Positions 45,363-52,149 of a stretch of 52,149 nucleotides of DNA are shown piece after piece. This stretch comes from a virus. Its lineage: Duplodnaviria > Caudoviricetes. How positions within the stretch are numbered: position 1 is the first letter of the stretch; the number at the start of each line of letters is the position of its first letter. The stretch covers positions 1-52,149 of IMG/VR virus record IMGVR_UViG_3300018432_000017; one strand, written 5' to 3'. The notes under the pieces are model-generated. The model was not told the origin of the DNA and made no database searches. It saw only the letters and a program-made list of their open reading frames with translations. The translations under genes and the position numbers were made by a program.

Positions 45363-46034
45363 CTACGCCTTGCGGGCGAGGTACGGAGCGAGGGTCCGAA
45401 GAAGCTCCGAGACGTTCCGGACCTTCCGGTTGGTCTTCCCCTCGATCTTGAGGTTGGTGTCGTTGAAGAGGTAGTGACCGTCGAGCGTCCAGGAGAGCCG
45501 GAAACTTACGTCTCCCGCGTTGGTCAGCTCCAGCACTACCCGGTCCTTCTCGCTCTTGTCGATCCGGGTGGCGTACCGGGCGGCCAGCTTCTCGCTCACC
45601 AGCATCGCCTTGGCCTCGCCTGCGGCCCGAGCCGGGACGTTCCGGACGAGACCGGAGCGGGAGGTGCCCTTGCGGACGGTGTAGGGCTTCGCGGTCGTGT
45701 CTAGCTCCGGGCGGCAGACCCAGCAGGAGTCGGTCACGGTGTTCTTCGCGAGGTCTTCCTGGTGGGACTTGATCGCGGCGGTGATCGTCGGGCGGGTCCG
45801 CTCATTGCGGCTCAGCTTGATGCGAAGCTCGTTGGCGAAGTTCTTCAGGTCCGCGATCTTGGCGGCCTCGAAGTCGAATGCCTCGATCTTGTTCAGCCGG
45901 TCGTGGTCATCATCGTTGTGAGTGTTTTCCCAGCCGGCCAATTCGTAGCAGCCGTTGCACAGCTCGATCGCCTTCGCGTCGTCCGAGCCGATGGGGCGAA
46001 CTTCGCAGATCCGGCACTTCGTGTTCTTCGACAT
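45363..46034 (-). CDS. hypothetical protein with Zn-binding motifs
   Basis: CRIC..LC..CY..AGWEN.H; preceded by a repeated cassette. Confidence 0.7.
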   Translation of the reverse strand: MSKNTKCRICEVRPIGSDDAKAIELCNGCYELAGWENTHNDDDHDRLNKIEAFDFEAAKIADLKNFANELRIKLSRNERTRPTITAAIKSHQEDLAKNTVTDSCWVCRPELDTTAKPYTVRKGTSRSGLVRNVPARAAGEAKAMLVSEKLAARYATRIDKSEKDRVVLELTNAGDVSFRLSWTLDGHYLFNDTNLKIEGKTNRKVRNVSELLRTLAPYLARKA

Positions 46035-46107
46035 TTCCGTCTCCCTCTTCGGTGGCGCTTCCTCTTCCCAAGGAGAACGTTACCGCATGACTTTACGATC
46101 CGGAAGT
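46032..46107 (-). promoter_or_regulatory. repeated promoter/operator/RBS cassette
   Basis: TTCCGG-N17-TAACGT, palindrome ACTTCCG-GATC-GTAAAGT, GGAGACGGAAATG. Confidence 0.7.
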
Positions 46108-46111
46108 ACCT

Positions 46112-46291
46112 TCAGCAGAAAATCTTGAACTCTTTGGGAATCGCACCGTGGCGACCGCAGTAGAAGTGCGGAAGCTCTCCGAGATCATCCGAGACGAAGA
46201 CGGGATTTTCGGCGGTAGCCCAGGCCCCGCACTGGTCACAAACGGCCGGGTGCTCGCACTCCTCCGGGTTGCCGGCGCAGGCGTGGATCAC
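46112..46291 (-). CDS. small Cys-rich protein (59 aa), paralogue of 46485-46685
   Basis: hand-translated MIHACAGNPEECEHPAVCDQC. Confidence 0.55.
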   Translation of the reverse strand: MIHACAGNPEECEHPAVCDQCGAWATAENPVFVSDDLGELPHFYCGRHGAIPKEFKIFC

Positions 46292-46488
46292 AGCACTCCC
46301 GCCCTCTCAACAGTAACCCGGAAGATCAGACCATCACTCATCTCGATCGCGAAGGACCCGTTCCGGACCACGCCGACCTCCTGGGCCCAGTCCTCGTGGT
46401 CCGAGCCGATCTCCAGGCCGTTCTCCTCGCCCTCGATCCCCCGGTTGATGGCTCGCTGGATCTGGAGCGCGATATCCTGCTTGGTCAC
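46288..46488 (-). CDS. small acidic protein
   Basis: GTG 46488 after GGAGG. Confidence 0.6.
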   Translation of the reverse strand: MTKQDIALQIQRAINRGIEGEENGLEIGSDHEDWAQEVGVVRNGSFAIEMSDGLIFRVTVERAGVL

Positions 46489-46685
46489 GACTGGACCTCC
46501 GTCATCCAACTCATCACAAATTCCCCAAGACCGGGAGTCTTCTCGATACAGCCCCAGCAGATGGAGTAGAGGTCTTCCCCTTCCCTCCAAGCAAAGACTG
46601 GCATCCACTCAGCAGCCACAAACTCGCAGTTCTCGCAACGGGCGGGATTTTCGCACTCCCGGACATTCCCTACGCAGCGGTGCAT
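46485..46685 (-). CDS. small Cys-rich protein
   Basis: MHRCVGNVRECENPARCENC; AAGGAG RBS. Confidence 0.6.
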   Translation of the reverse strand: MHRCVGNVRECENPARCENCEFVAAEWMPVFAWREGEDLYSICWGCIEKTPGLGEFVMSWMTEVQS

Positions 46686-46754
46686 CTCGATCTCCTTCGG
46701 TCACGCGGGGCCTTCCGAGGACAACGTTACGGCAATAGTTGCCGATCGTAAAGT
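46683..46754 (-). promoter_or_regulatory. repeated promoter/operator cassette
   Basis: TTTACG-N17-TAACGT with ACTTTAC-GATC-GGCAACT. Confidence 0.7.
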
Positions 46755-46771
46755 CTTTCAGCAAAAGGATC

Positions 46772-46984
46772 TTACCGACCCTCGTGGGTGCTGGAGATCG
46801 GGAGCCGGACCAGCGCCTGCCGCCCCCTCTTCCTCCTCGGGAGCGGGTAGAGGATGCTGCCGGAAGGCGAGTCGATCCTGACGACCGGAGGAGTCTTCCG
46901 GCACAGCGCTCCCGGTCGCGCACCGCACCGGTCGCACGCGCGCTGCTCCACGGCTTCCCGCTTCTCCACCAGCGTCTTCGGCAT
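46772..46984 (-). CDS. small zinc-finger protein
   Basis: CDRCGA.PG..C...H..R; cassette RBS. Confidence 0.65.
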   Translation of the reverse strand: MPKTLVEKREAVEQRACDRCGARPGALCRKTPPVVRIDSPSGSILYPLPRRKRGRQALVRLPISSTHEGR

Positions 46985-47028
46985 TTCCGTCTCCCTTGTT
47001 GAGGCTTCCCGCCCCGGACGTTACGGCA
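46982..47028 (-). promoter_or_regulatory. repeated -10/RBS cassette
   Basis: TGCCGTAACGT and GGAGACGGAAATG; 24/25 nt identical to 48694-48718. Confidence 0.6.
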
Positions 47029-47055
47029 GAAAAACCGGGAGCGCTAGGCTCCCGG
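47029..47055 (-). terminator. intrinsic terminator
   Basis: ccgggagc/gctcccgg stem followed by TTTTT on the minus strand. Confidence 0.75.
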
Positions 47056-47069
47056 CTCTCCAAGTTCTG

Positions 47070-47507
47070 CTAGACCGCTGCGAGCTTCCGAGCCGGCTTC
47101 GAGGCTGCGGGCTTCCGGGTGCGGGTCCGGCGCGCCGGGACGGGAGCGGGCTTCGTGAAGACGGCGGTGGCTACGTACATGAGAGCGTCCACGATGATCG
47201 GGAGGAGGTGGGCCGTAACGGTGTCCTCGCCGGCCATCGTCGCTACGTGAACCATGTGCCAGTAGCTCGCCCAGGCCGCTACTCCGGCAATCGCTACGAT
47301 CGCGATCTTGACCAGGGGGTACTTCGGGGCGTGCTGGAGGAGGTGGAGCGCGAGGAGTAGTGCGATGGCCGGCCAGGCCGCTACGACCCGCCCTAGCGCG
47401 GTGTGATCGGCACTAATGGCATTCGCTGCAATCGAGACCGCGCCGCAAAGCGCCATCGTCAGGCCGGCAATCCTCTTGGTCGACTTCGCTGCGTTCCTGG
47501 TAGCCAT
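47070..47507 (-). CDS. DUF2637 (SpdA-like) membrane protein
   Basis: four TM helices, AAWASYWH, A.LLP..VD.L motifs, basic tail. Confidence 0.75.
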   Translation of the reverse strand: MATRNAAKSTKRIAGLTMALCGAVSIAANAISADHTALGRVVAAWPAIALLLALHLLQHAPKYPLVKIAIVAIAGVAAWASYWHMVHVATMAGEDTVTAHLLPIIVDALMYVATAVFTKPAPVPARRTRTRKPAASKPARKLAAV

Positions 47508-47556
47508 TTCCGTCTCCTTTGTTGTCGTTTCCTTCCCGACTCCAAAGTTATCGCAT
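47505..47556 (-). promoter_or_regulatory. repeated -10/RBS cassette
   Basis: TGCGATAACTT and GGAGACGGAAATG. Confidence 0.55.
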
Positions 47557-47607
47557 TGCGCACTGAATGGCTACAAATGCAATGAACAAATTCTAGAAAT
47601 GGGTTGG

Positions 47608-47652
47608 CCCGGAAGCGAGGCAGGGATTTAACCAGTGCCTCGCCACCGGGCG
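47608..47652 (-). terminator. terminator-like hairpin
   Basis: gcccgg..gcgaggca / tgcctcgc..ccgggc imperfect IR in an intergenic gap. Confidence 0.5.
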
Positions 47653-47670
47653 CCCACCTTACGTTCCCGA

Positions 47671-48669
47671 CTACTCGGGAAGTCCCTTTGTTGCTTCCTC
47701 GCCGCGCTGGATGATAACGTCCTTAGCGGCCTCCCTGCCCGTGGCCCGCCCTAGGCGAGCGGCGGTGCCGTAAAGCTGTCGGTGCATCTTGTCGCGCTCC
47801 GACTTCGTCAATTCCCGAGTACGGTGCTGGCGGCACTTGTATCCGCTGTCCGGCCGGCAAAGGCGGCAATCTTCCTTCTCTTCCTCCGGCTCCGGGGTGG
47901 CTTCCTCGGGCGGGAACCTCTCTGTGAAAGCCGCGTCGACTCGCTCCTGCCGACCGTGAAGGACGAGACCTCCGCCCTGGGAGCGGGCCGCGTCGCGGGA
48001 GAGGCGGAGCCGGTGGGCTAGTTCGTTGGCAAATCCCTCCGCGTACGCTTCGCGATAGTTGCCGGCGACTAACTCCCGCCCTACGACTGTGGGCGTCTCG
48101 TTACGCCGCGCGCACTCTTTCTTGTAGAGGGCGGTAACCTTCTGCGGCCCGTTGCCGTTGTCGGTCCCCCACAGGATCTTCGCGATAGCGTGCCGGGTGA
48201 ATCCCGCGCTCCGGTAGTTGTAGACGTTCTCGGCTTCGGAGAGGCCGGGGTCAACCTTCGGCTCCAGCTTCGAGATCATCACGAGCCGACCGGCGTTGTG
48301 AAGGAACTCGGCGTATCGGATATCGGACGCATAGCCGACCGTATCGGCCAGAATGTCGTAAAGCCCGTTCCCCTTGTATTCGTACTTGATCTGGCTTCGG
48401 AGCCCGCAGTGCCGGGCAATGTAGTTCCAGATGGCGCTGTGCCAGCCGTAGAACTCCGAGGAGGTCTCTCCGACCACAACCCTCTTCCAGATCGGCAGGA
48501 TGCCGGTCGGGTCCTCCGCGATCAGCATCGACTCCTCGATGCGGTACTGCATCATCAAGGATTCCGCCTTATCGCGGAAGGTCTGAGCCTCCTCGGGGGT
48601 AGCGGCCGGATCGTCGGCCATCGCGATCAGCTTCTGGATCTTGTCCATCATCCGGTCGATCTTGTTCAT
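47671..48669 (-). CDS. DUF2786-domain protein
   Basis: KIQKLIAMA......EEA.....KA..LM..Y N-terminus. Confidence 0.8.
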   Translation of the reverse strand: MNKIDRMMDKIQKLIAMADDPAATPEEAQTFRDKAESLMMQYRIEESMLIAEDPTGILPIWKRVVVGETSSEFYGWHSAIWNYIARHCGLRSQIKYEYKGNGLYDILADTVGYASDIRYAEFLHNAGRLVMISKLEPKVDPGLSEAENVYNYRSAGFTRHAIAKILWGTDNGNGPQKVTALYKKECARRNETPTVVGRELVAGNYREAYAEGFANELAHRLRLSRDAARSQGGGLVLHGRQERVDAAFTERFPPEEATPEPEEEKEDCRLCRPDSGYKCRQHRTRELTKSERDKMHRQLYGTAARLGRATGREAAKDVIIQRGEEATKGLPE

Positions 48670-48738
48670 TTCCGTCTCCCTCTGGCGCCTGTTGCTTCCC
48701 GCCCCTGACGTTACGGCAAGTCTTCTCGATCCGGAAGT
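48667..48738 (-). promoter_or_regulatory. repeated promoter/operator/RBS cassette
   Basis: TTCCGG-N17-TAACGT, ACTTCCG-GATC-GAGAAGA, GGAGACGGAAATG. Confidence 0.7.
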
Positions 48739-48754
48739 GGCTATGGTGAAAAAG

Positions 48755-49360
48755 TCAGCGCCAGTTCTCCCGCCCGCTACAGATCGGCCCCATGGACTGC
48801 TCGATCGACTTCTCGTTGCTCAGCTCCCGCCCGCAGCGGATGCACTGGCCGTAGAGGGCTCCGAACTCCTTGGCCTCCTCGAAGGTGAGCTGCCACTCGG
48901 GCTGGAGCCGGTAGATGAGTCCGGGGCGGTAGTCCCACTCCAGCTTCTTCCCGCCGATCTCGACTCCGACCTTGGCGAAGAGGCGGGTGCGGTCCTGGTT
49001 CCATTGGACCTTGTAGAGGGTGTTCAGCTCCCGGTCGTAGTAGATCCCGTCGCGGGAGACCTTGATCTCACTGCCCCGGCGCTTCTCCGGCTGCTTCTGC
49101 GGGTATGGCTTGTAACGGTCGATGAACTTTCGGGCGACGGAGAGGTCAAACTCTTCCCCAGAGGATAGCGCTTTCCCCATGAGGTCCAACAGGTCTCGAT
49201 CTTCCGGCTTGAACACGCGCGTCTCGATGAGGATCCTGATCAGATTCTTCATCGGCTCGGTCGCGAGCATCTGCGGGTCGAAGGATCGTGGGGTGCCTCC
49301 GCTGTAGCAGTTCCGGACCTCTGCGACACTGGCGTGGATGTGACCCTTTCCGCACCTCAT
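48755..49360 (-). CDS. DUF6011-domain (Zn-ribbon) protein
   Basis: G.C.RCGREL....S....GPIC C-terminus; ATG 49360. Confidence 0.75.
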   Translation of the reverse strand: MRCGKGHIHASVAEVRNCYSGGTPRSFDPQMLATEPMKNLIRILIETRVFKPEDRDLLDLMGKALSSGEEFDLSVARKFIDRYKPYPQKQPEKRRGSEIKVSRDGIYYDRELNTLYKVQWNQDRTRLFAKVGVEIGGKKLEWDYRPGLIYRLQPEWQLTFEEAKEFGALYGQCIRCGRELSNEKSIEQSMGPICSGRENWR

Positions 49361-49551
49361 GCCAACTCCATCCCGGCATCGATTCCGCAACCGCCATGGG
49401 CATAGACGTTCTCGCTGGTGCGCGTGTCCCAGAACTCACCCATCTCGGAGTCGGCTTTGTCGCCGCAGATCTGGCACTCGTTCTCGTCGTACGGGCGGAT
49501 CGTGACCGTGATCTCTTCCGCTCGCGTCCGGCGAACTATCCGTGGAGGCAT
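49357..49551 (-). CDS. small zinc-binding protein
   Basis: CQIC...H..C; first gene after the promoter. Confidence 0.6.
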   Translation of the reverse strand: MPPRIVRRTRAEEITVTIRPYDENECQICGDKADSEMGEFWDTRTSENVYAHGGCGIDAGMELA

Positions 49552-49587
49552 CTGGACCCCTTCCCAAGGGCTCGTGGTTCACCAGTG

Positions 49588-49618
49588 ACTCTAGCCCACG
49601 CCTTCCCGATCGTAAAGG
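49588..49618 (-). promoter_or_regulatory. promoter/operator cassette heading the early region
   Basis: TTTACG-N17-TAGAGT with CCTTTAC-GATC-GGGAAGG. Confidence 0.65.
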
Positions 49619-49627
49619 CCCGAATGC

Positions 49628-49671
49628 AGAAACACTGCGACCCCCGGACTCAAGGTCGCGGGGGCCACAGC
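49628..49671 (-). terminator. terminator ending the lysis transcript
   Basis: ctgtggccccc/gggggtcgcag stem (G-U pairs on the minus strand) then TGTTTCT. Confidence 0.6.
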
Positions 49672-49674
49672 GGG

Positions 49675-49746
49675 GAAGGGATCGGCGCGTAACCGACCGA
49701 GCGAGAGGACGGAAAACCCTCAGCTCTGGACCGAGCTTACCCCTCC
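49675..49746 (-). ncRNA. tRNA-like cloverleaf RNA (non-canonical/pseudo-tRNA)
   Basis: 7-bp acceptor, GCUC/GAGC D-stem, 5-bp stem with 7-nt loop, 4-nt variable region, 5-bp T-stem; lacks a TpsiC loop and CCA. Confidence 0.5.
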
Positions 49747-49759
49747 CAGAGAAATGCCG

Positions 49760-50149
49760 CTATACGGCCGGAACGGCGTCATCTGTCGTGACCTTGTTCC
49801 CAAGGACTCCGGTCTGAAGCGCTGAGCCGACCGGGGATACCTGCTGCCGGGTCAGGTAGGCCACAATGCCGACCACCGCCAGCTGCAAGGTGCCGATCTT
49901 CTCCTGGGAGAAGTCGAGCCCGTACGTCGAGAGGAGAGCCGCACCGGTCGTGATCACCGTCGTGAATACGGCCGGCGCAACCGGTCGGACGGCCATCGCC
50001 GTGATCACGCCGAAGCCGGCGGCCAGAACCGCGACGATCGCTCCGGAGTTCTCTGCCGTGAGCTTGTCCCAGCCGAATGTCACAAGGAACGCGAGCACTC
50101 CCGAGATCCCCTGGAGAGCCAAGGTCGGCTCCCTACCGAAAATCTTCAT
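49760..50149 (-). CDS. holin
   Basis: MKIFGREP start, four TM helices, R..V.P C-terminal motif of actinophage holins. Confidence 0.8.
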   Translation of the reverse strand: MKIFGREPTLALQGISGVLAFLVTFGWDKLTAENSGAIVAVLAAGFGVITAMAVRPVAPAVFTTVITTGAALLSTYGLDFSQEKIGTLQLAVVGIVAYLTRQQVSPVGSALQTGVLGNKVTTDDAVPAV

Positions 50150-50164
50150 TGCCTTACTCCTTTG

Positions 50165-50392
50165 TTAGCAGCCTAGGTCTTTCCGGAGCTGCGCCATATC
50201 AGCCGCAATCTCCAATCCGGTAGGTGTAGTCGGAGGAGTCGAGTTGTAGGTGTCGTCGAGCGTCACAACGATGCCGCACCAGCTCTTAGCGGACTCCCGC
50301 GCGTAATGCACGGAGAGCTGGAATGATGCCAGCGATAGGAGAAGCGATGTCATAAAAGCCGCTACCAACGCATACCAGAACTTGTGCGGCAT
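50165..50392 (-). CDS. lysis-cassette membrane protein
   Basis: single TM, WC......D..Y...PP.T..G....LGC; start ATG 50392. Confidence 0.6.
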   Translation of the reverse strand: MPHKFWYALVAAFMTSLLLSLASFQLSVHYARESAKSWCGIVVTLDDTYNSTPPTTPTGLEIAADMAQLRKDLGC

Positions 50393-50408
50393 CTTCAGCT
50401 CCAGGACT

Positions 50409-50675
50409 TTACGCACTCGATGACGGTGATTGTTCCTGCGGCGAGGAAGGCTGCTGCTGAGAGCGGGATTGCGAATCGGCGCTGGTATGTCCCGCGCCAA
50501 CCGCCCCCTTCAACTGCCAGATCCCGATGACGCCTGGGACCCCCACTAGTGTTGTGTACACCAGCAGAAGGGCCTCGCTGACCTTCCCTGTGGCCTCCTG
50601 GTGCACGATGCCGCCGAGCCCCACCATGACGCACAACACGTCCCTGGCTATTACGATCCAGCGCTCCAGCCTCAC
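50409..50675 (-). CDS. holin-like two-TM membrane protein
   Basis: RD.....GL.GI..Q...LL.....L.G.PG; Ser-rich tail. Confidence 0.65.
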   Translation of the reverse strand: MRLERWIVIARDVLCVMVGLGGIVHQEATGKVSEALLLVYTTLVGVPGVIGIWQLKGAVGAGHTSADSQSRSQQQPSSPQEQSPSSSA

Positions 50676-50695
50676 TCATGCCCGTCCGATCCCGA

Positions 50696-51745
50696 TCACG
50701 AAAGCCGGGTGATTCGAGCCCAGCGCTCCGGACCGATTGCTGTCATCAATGCATCCCGCAGCTCCTCATCCGACCCAACGGTAAGCGCGTTGACCACTTC
50801 CTGCGCTACACGGGGCGGGAGGCCTGCGAGCCCAACGCTAATGGCCGAAAGGCCCGTCGTTACGGTCTCCTTCAGCCCGACCAGATCGGCACCTGTCTCG
50901 CCGGTCGTAGTGCGGACCTTCTGAATCTCGGCCAGAAGCTTGATCCGGGAGACTCCGGCCACGGTGCCGGCGACTCCGGCCGGAGTAGTCCCGTCCAGGA
51001 CCATCGCCTTGATGTCCCGCCCGAGGTTGTCGATGGCGGCCATGACCGCTGCCGGGCTCCAGTACTGGTTGGCCTGATCCACCCGGTCTCTCGGGGCGGG
51101 AACAATGCCGTCGATCTCCCAAACCCTCCGAGCAATCTTGTCGATTTCATCCGGTGTTAAAGGCACGTCCTCCTCCAAGCTCTCCCGCCACTGGGCTACA
51201 GACCAGCCGTAAAGGACTGTCAGCAACGCCCACATTGCGAGCGGGTCGCCGCACTTATTGCGCAGGAATGACAAGTGGAGGTGCCAGAGGTGAGACGAGT
51301 CGGAGGTTACTGCCTCCTCTTTGTACTCATTCCAGCCTTCAACCACATGGTCATCATCATCTTGCCCGTAGAACTCGAACAACACCAGGTCTAGCCGGGG
51401 GTCGCTCGCATTCTTCGCGGATGCCATTAGGCGAGACGTGTACTTGTCGATTGTCTTGTAGTTTCCGGCTTGAGCGTCCGGGAATGTCAGATCAATCGCG
51501 CTGCTGTACGTCTTCCACCACGGACCCGATTTGTTCGGTGCATCCCGCACCGAGTAGTTGCCGGGCCACTTATTGTTGTTCGTGTCGCCGTCGTTGTGAA
51601 AGCCCGACTTGTTTGCGTAGGTTCCGCCTAGCAATACGTTTGTTTCAAACAAGTCGAACTTCCGCCAGAACCAGTAAACGGCCTGGGTCGTCTTCGCGTA
51701 CGGGCACGGACCGAATTCATAGATATCAATTATCAATTGGTTCAC
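50696..51745 (-). CDS. endolysin (M15-like Zn peptidase)
   Basis: GGTYANKSGFH, A.DL, DSSHLWHLHLSF; upstream of the holins; GGGAGG RBS. Confidence 0.8.
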   Translation of the reverse strand: MNQLIIDIYEFGPCPYAKTTQAVYWFWRKFDLFETNVLLGGTYANKSGFHNDGDTNNNKWPGNYSVRDAPNKSGPWWKTYSSAIDLTFPDAQAGNYKTIDKYTSRLMASAKNASDPRLDLVLFEFYGQDDDDHVVEGWNEYKEEAVTSDSSHLWHLHLSFLRNKCGDPLAMWALLTVLYGWSVAQWRESLEEDVPLTPDEIDKIARRVWEIDGIVPAPRDRVDQANQYWSPAAVMAAIDNLGRDIKAMVLDGTTPAGVAGTVAGVSRIKLLAEIQKVRTTTGETGADLVGLKETVTTGLSAISVGLAGLPPRVAQEVVNALTVGSDEELRDALMTAIGPERWARITRLS

Positions 51746-51763
51746 CTCCCTTCTACCGGGAGT

Positions 51764-52149
51764 CTAAGCCAATCGAGTAGCGATCATCGTGCTCCCCTTC
51801 TTCATGGTGAAGCTGTTCACCCCCGAGGTATTCTGCGCATAGCGGAGGGTGATGTTTCCCGCCGTGCCTCCGACGAAGATACAGGCCGTCATGTGGAAGG
51901 AGTTGGTGGCCGCTGTACCCGTGCCGCCTATGGTGAAAGTGTTGTCGCTCAGCACTGTCGAGTCCGCAGAGGGCGGGACTACAAGAGCGGATGTGTTGTA
52001 GCCTATGTAGCCCCATGGAGCCTGCGTGCCGGCGGGGAAGTTGATTGCCAGCTTGCCGTCCTCCGTAGTGCCGGAGCTGATCCGGAGGTCCCACTGAACC
52101 TGCCATACCTGGCTGGCCAGGACCGGGAAGAAGAGGTTAGAGTCTGACA
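51764..52149 (-). CDS. minor tail/fibre protein, C-terminal part (partial)
   Basis: frame open to the window edge; L.FPV.A, G...LR.AQNTS, GS...A.R motifs; precedes the lysin. Confidence 0.65.
   Translation of the reverse strand, partial: SDSNLFFPVLASQVWQVQWDLRISSGTTEDGKLAINFPAGTQAPWGYIGYNTSALVVPPSADSTVLSDNTFTIGGTGTAATNSFHMTACIFVGGTAGNITLRYAQNTSGVNSFTMKKGSTMIATRLA

Noticed and set aside
45299-49618. Repeated intergenic motifs as a CRISPR array or integron attC sites
   Set aside because: Spacing is gene-sized and irregular, the motifs match promoter/RBS geometry, and no integrase is present
49675-49746. Canonical tRNA-Glu(UUC)
   Set aside because: No TpsiC loop consensus, short D-loop, pyrimidine at 37 and no CCA; kept only as tRNA-like
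1-52149. Many long plus-strand ORFs (e.g. 1208-2038, 38225-39217, 44676-45704)
   Set aside because: They are antisense shadows of well-supported minus-strand genes in high-GC DNA and show no recognisable motifs

Overview
High-GC actinobacteriophage (tailed dsDNA, siphovirus-like) genome segment with essentially every gene on the minus strand. Read in the direction of transcription (right to left): the end of a minor tail gene; a lysis cassette (M15-like endolysin plus three membrane proteins, no LysB); a tRNA-shaped non-canonical RNA and a terminator; an array of small early-type genes, each with a repeated promoter/operator/RBS cassette; a degenerate LAGLIDADG gene; an SNF2 helicase; a recombination module (Cas4-like nuclease, Sak4-like ATPase, SSB-like protein); a nucleotide metabolism/modification block (FAD oxidoreductase, HAD phosphatase, Nmad1/DUF1599-like protein, UDG lacking Fe-S cysteines, DnaE apparently starting at ATC, divergent ThyX); a RuvC-like resolvase; a Prim-Pol/SF3 helicase followed by an AT-rich iterated putative origin; about 11 kb of accessory genes (BldC homologue, permuted papain-like enzyme, DUF4352, DUF4190, LPXTG surface protein flanked by structured RNA); then a putative small terminase, a three-gene fibre-like module, large terminase, portal, MuF-like protein, scaffold, decoration proteins, major capsid protein and head-tail connectors. 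The host is probably a filamentous, non-mycolic actinomycete (inferred from BldC, the sortase substrate and the lack of LysB). No integrase or CRISPR array was seen. All family assignments come from motif recognition by eye, not database searches.
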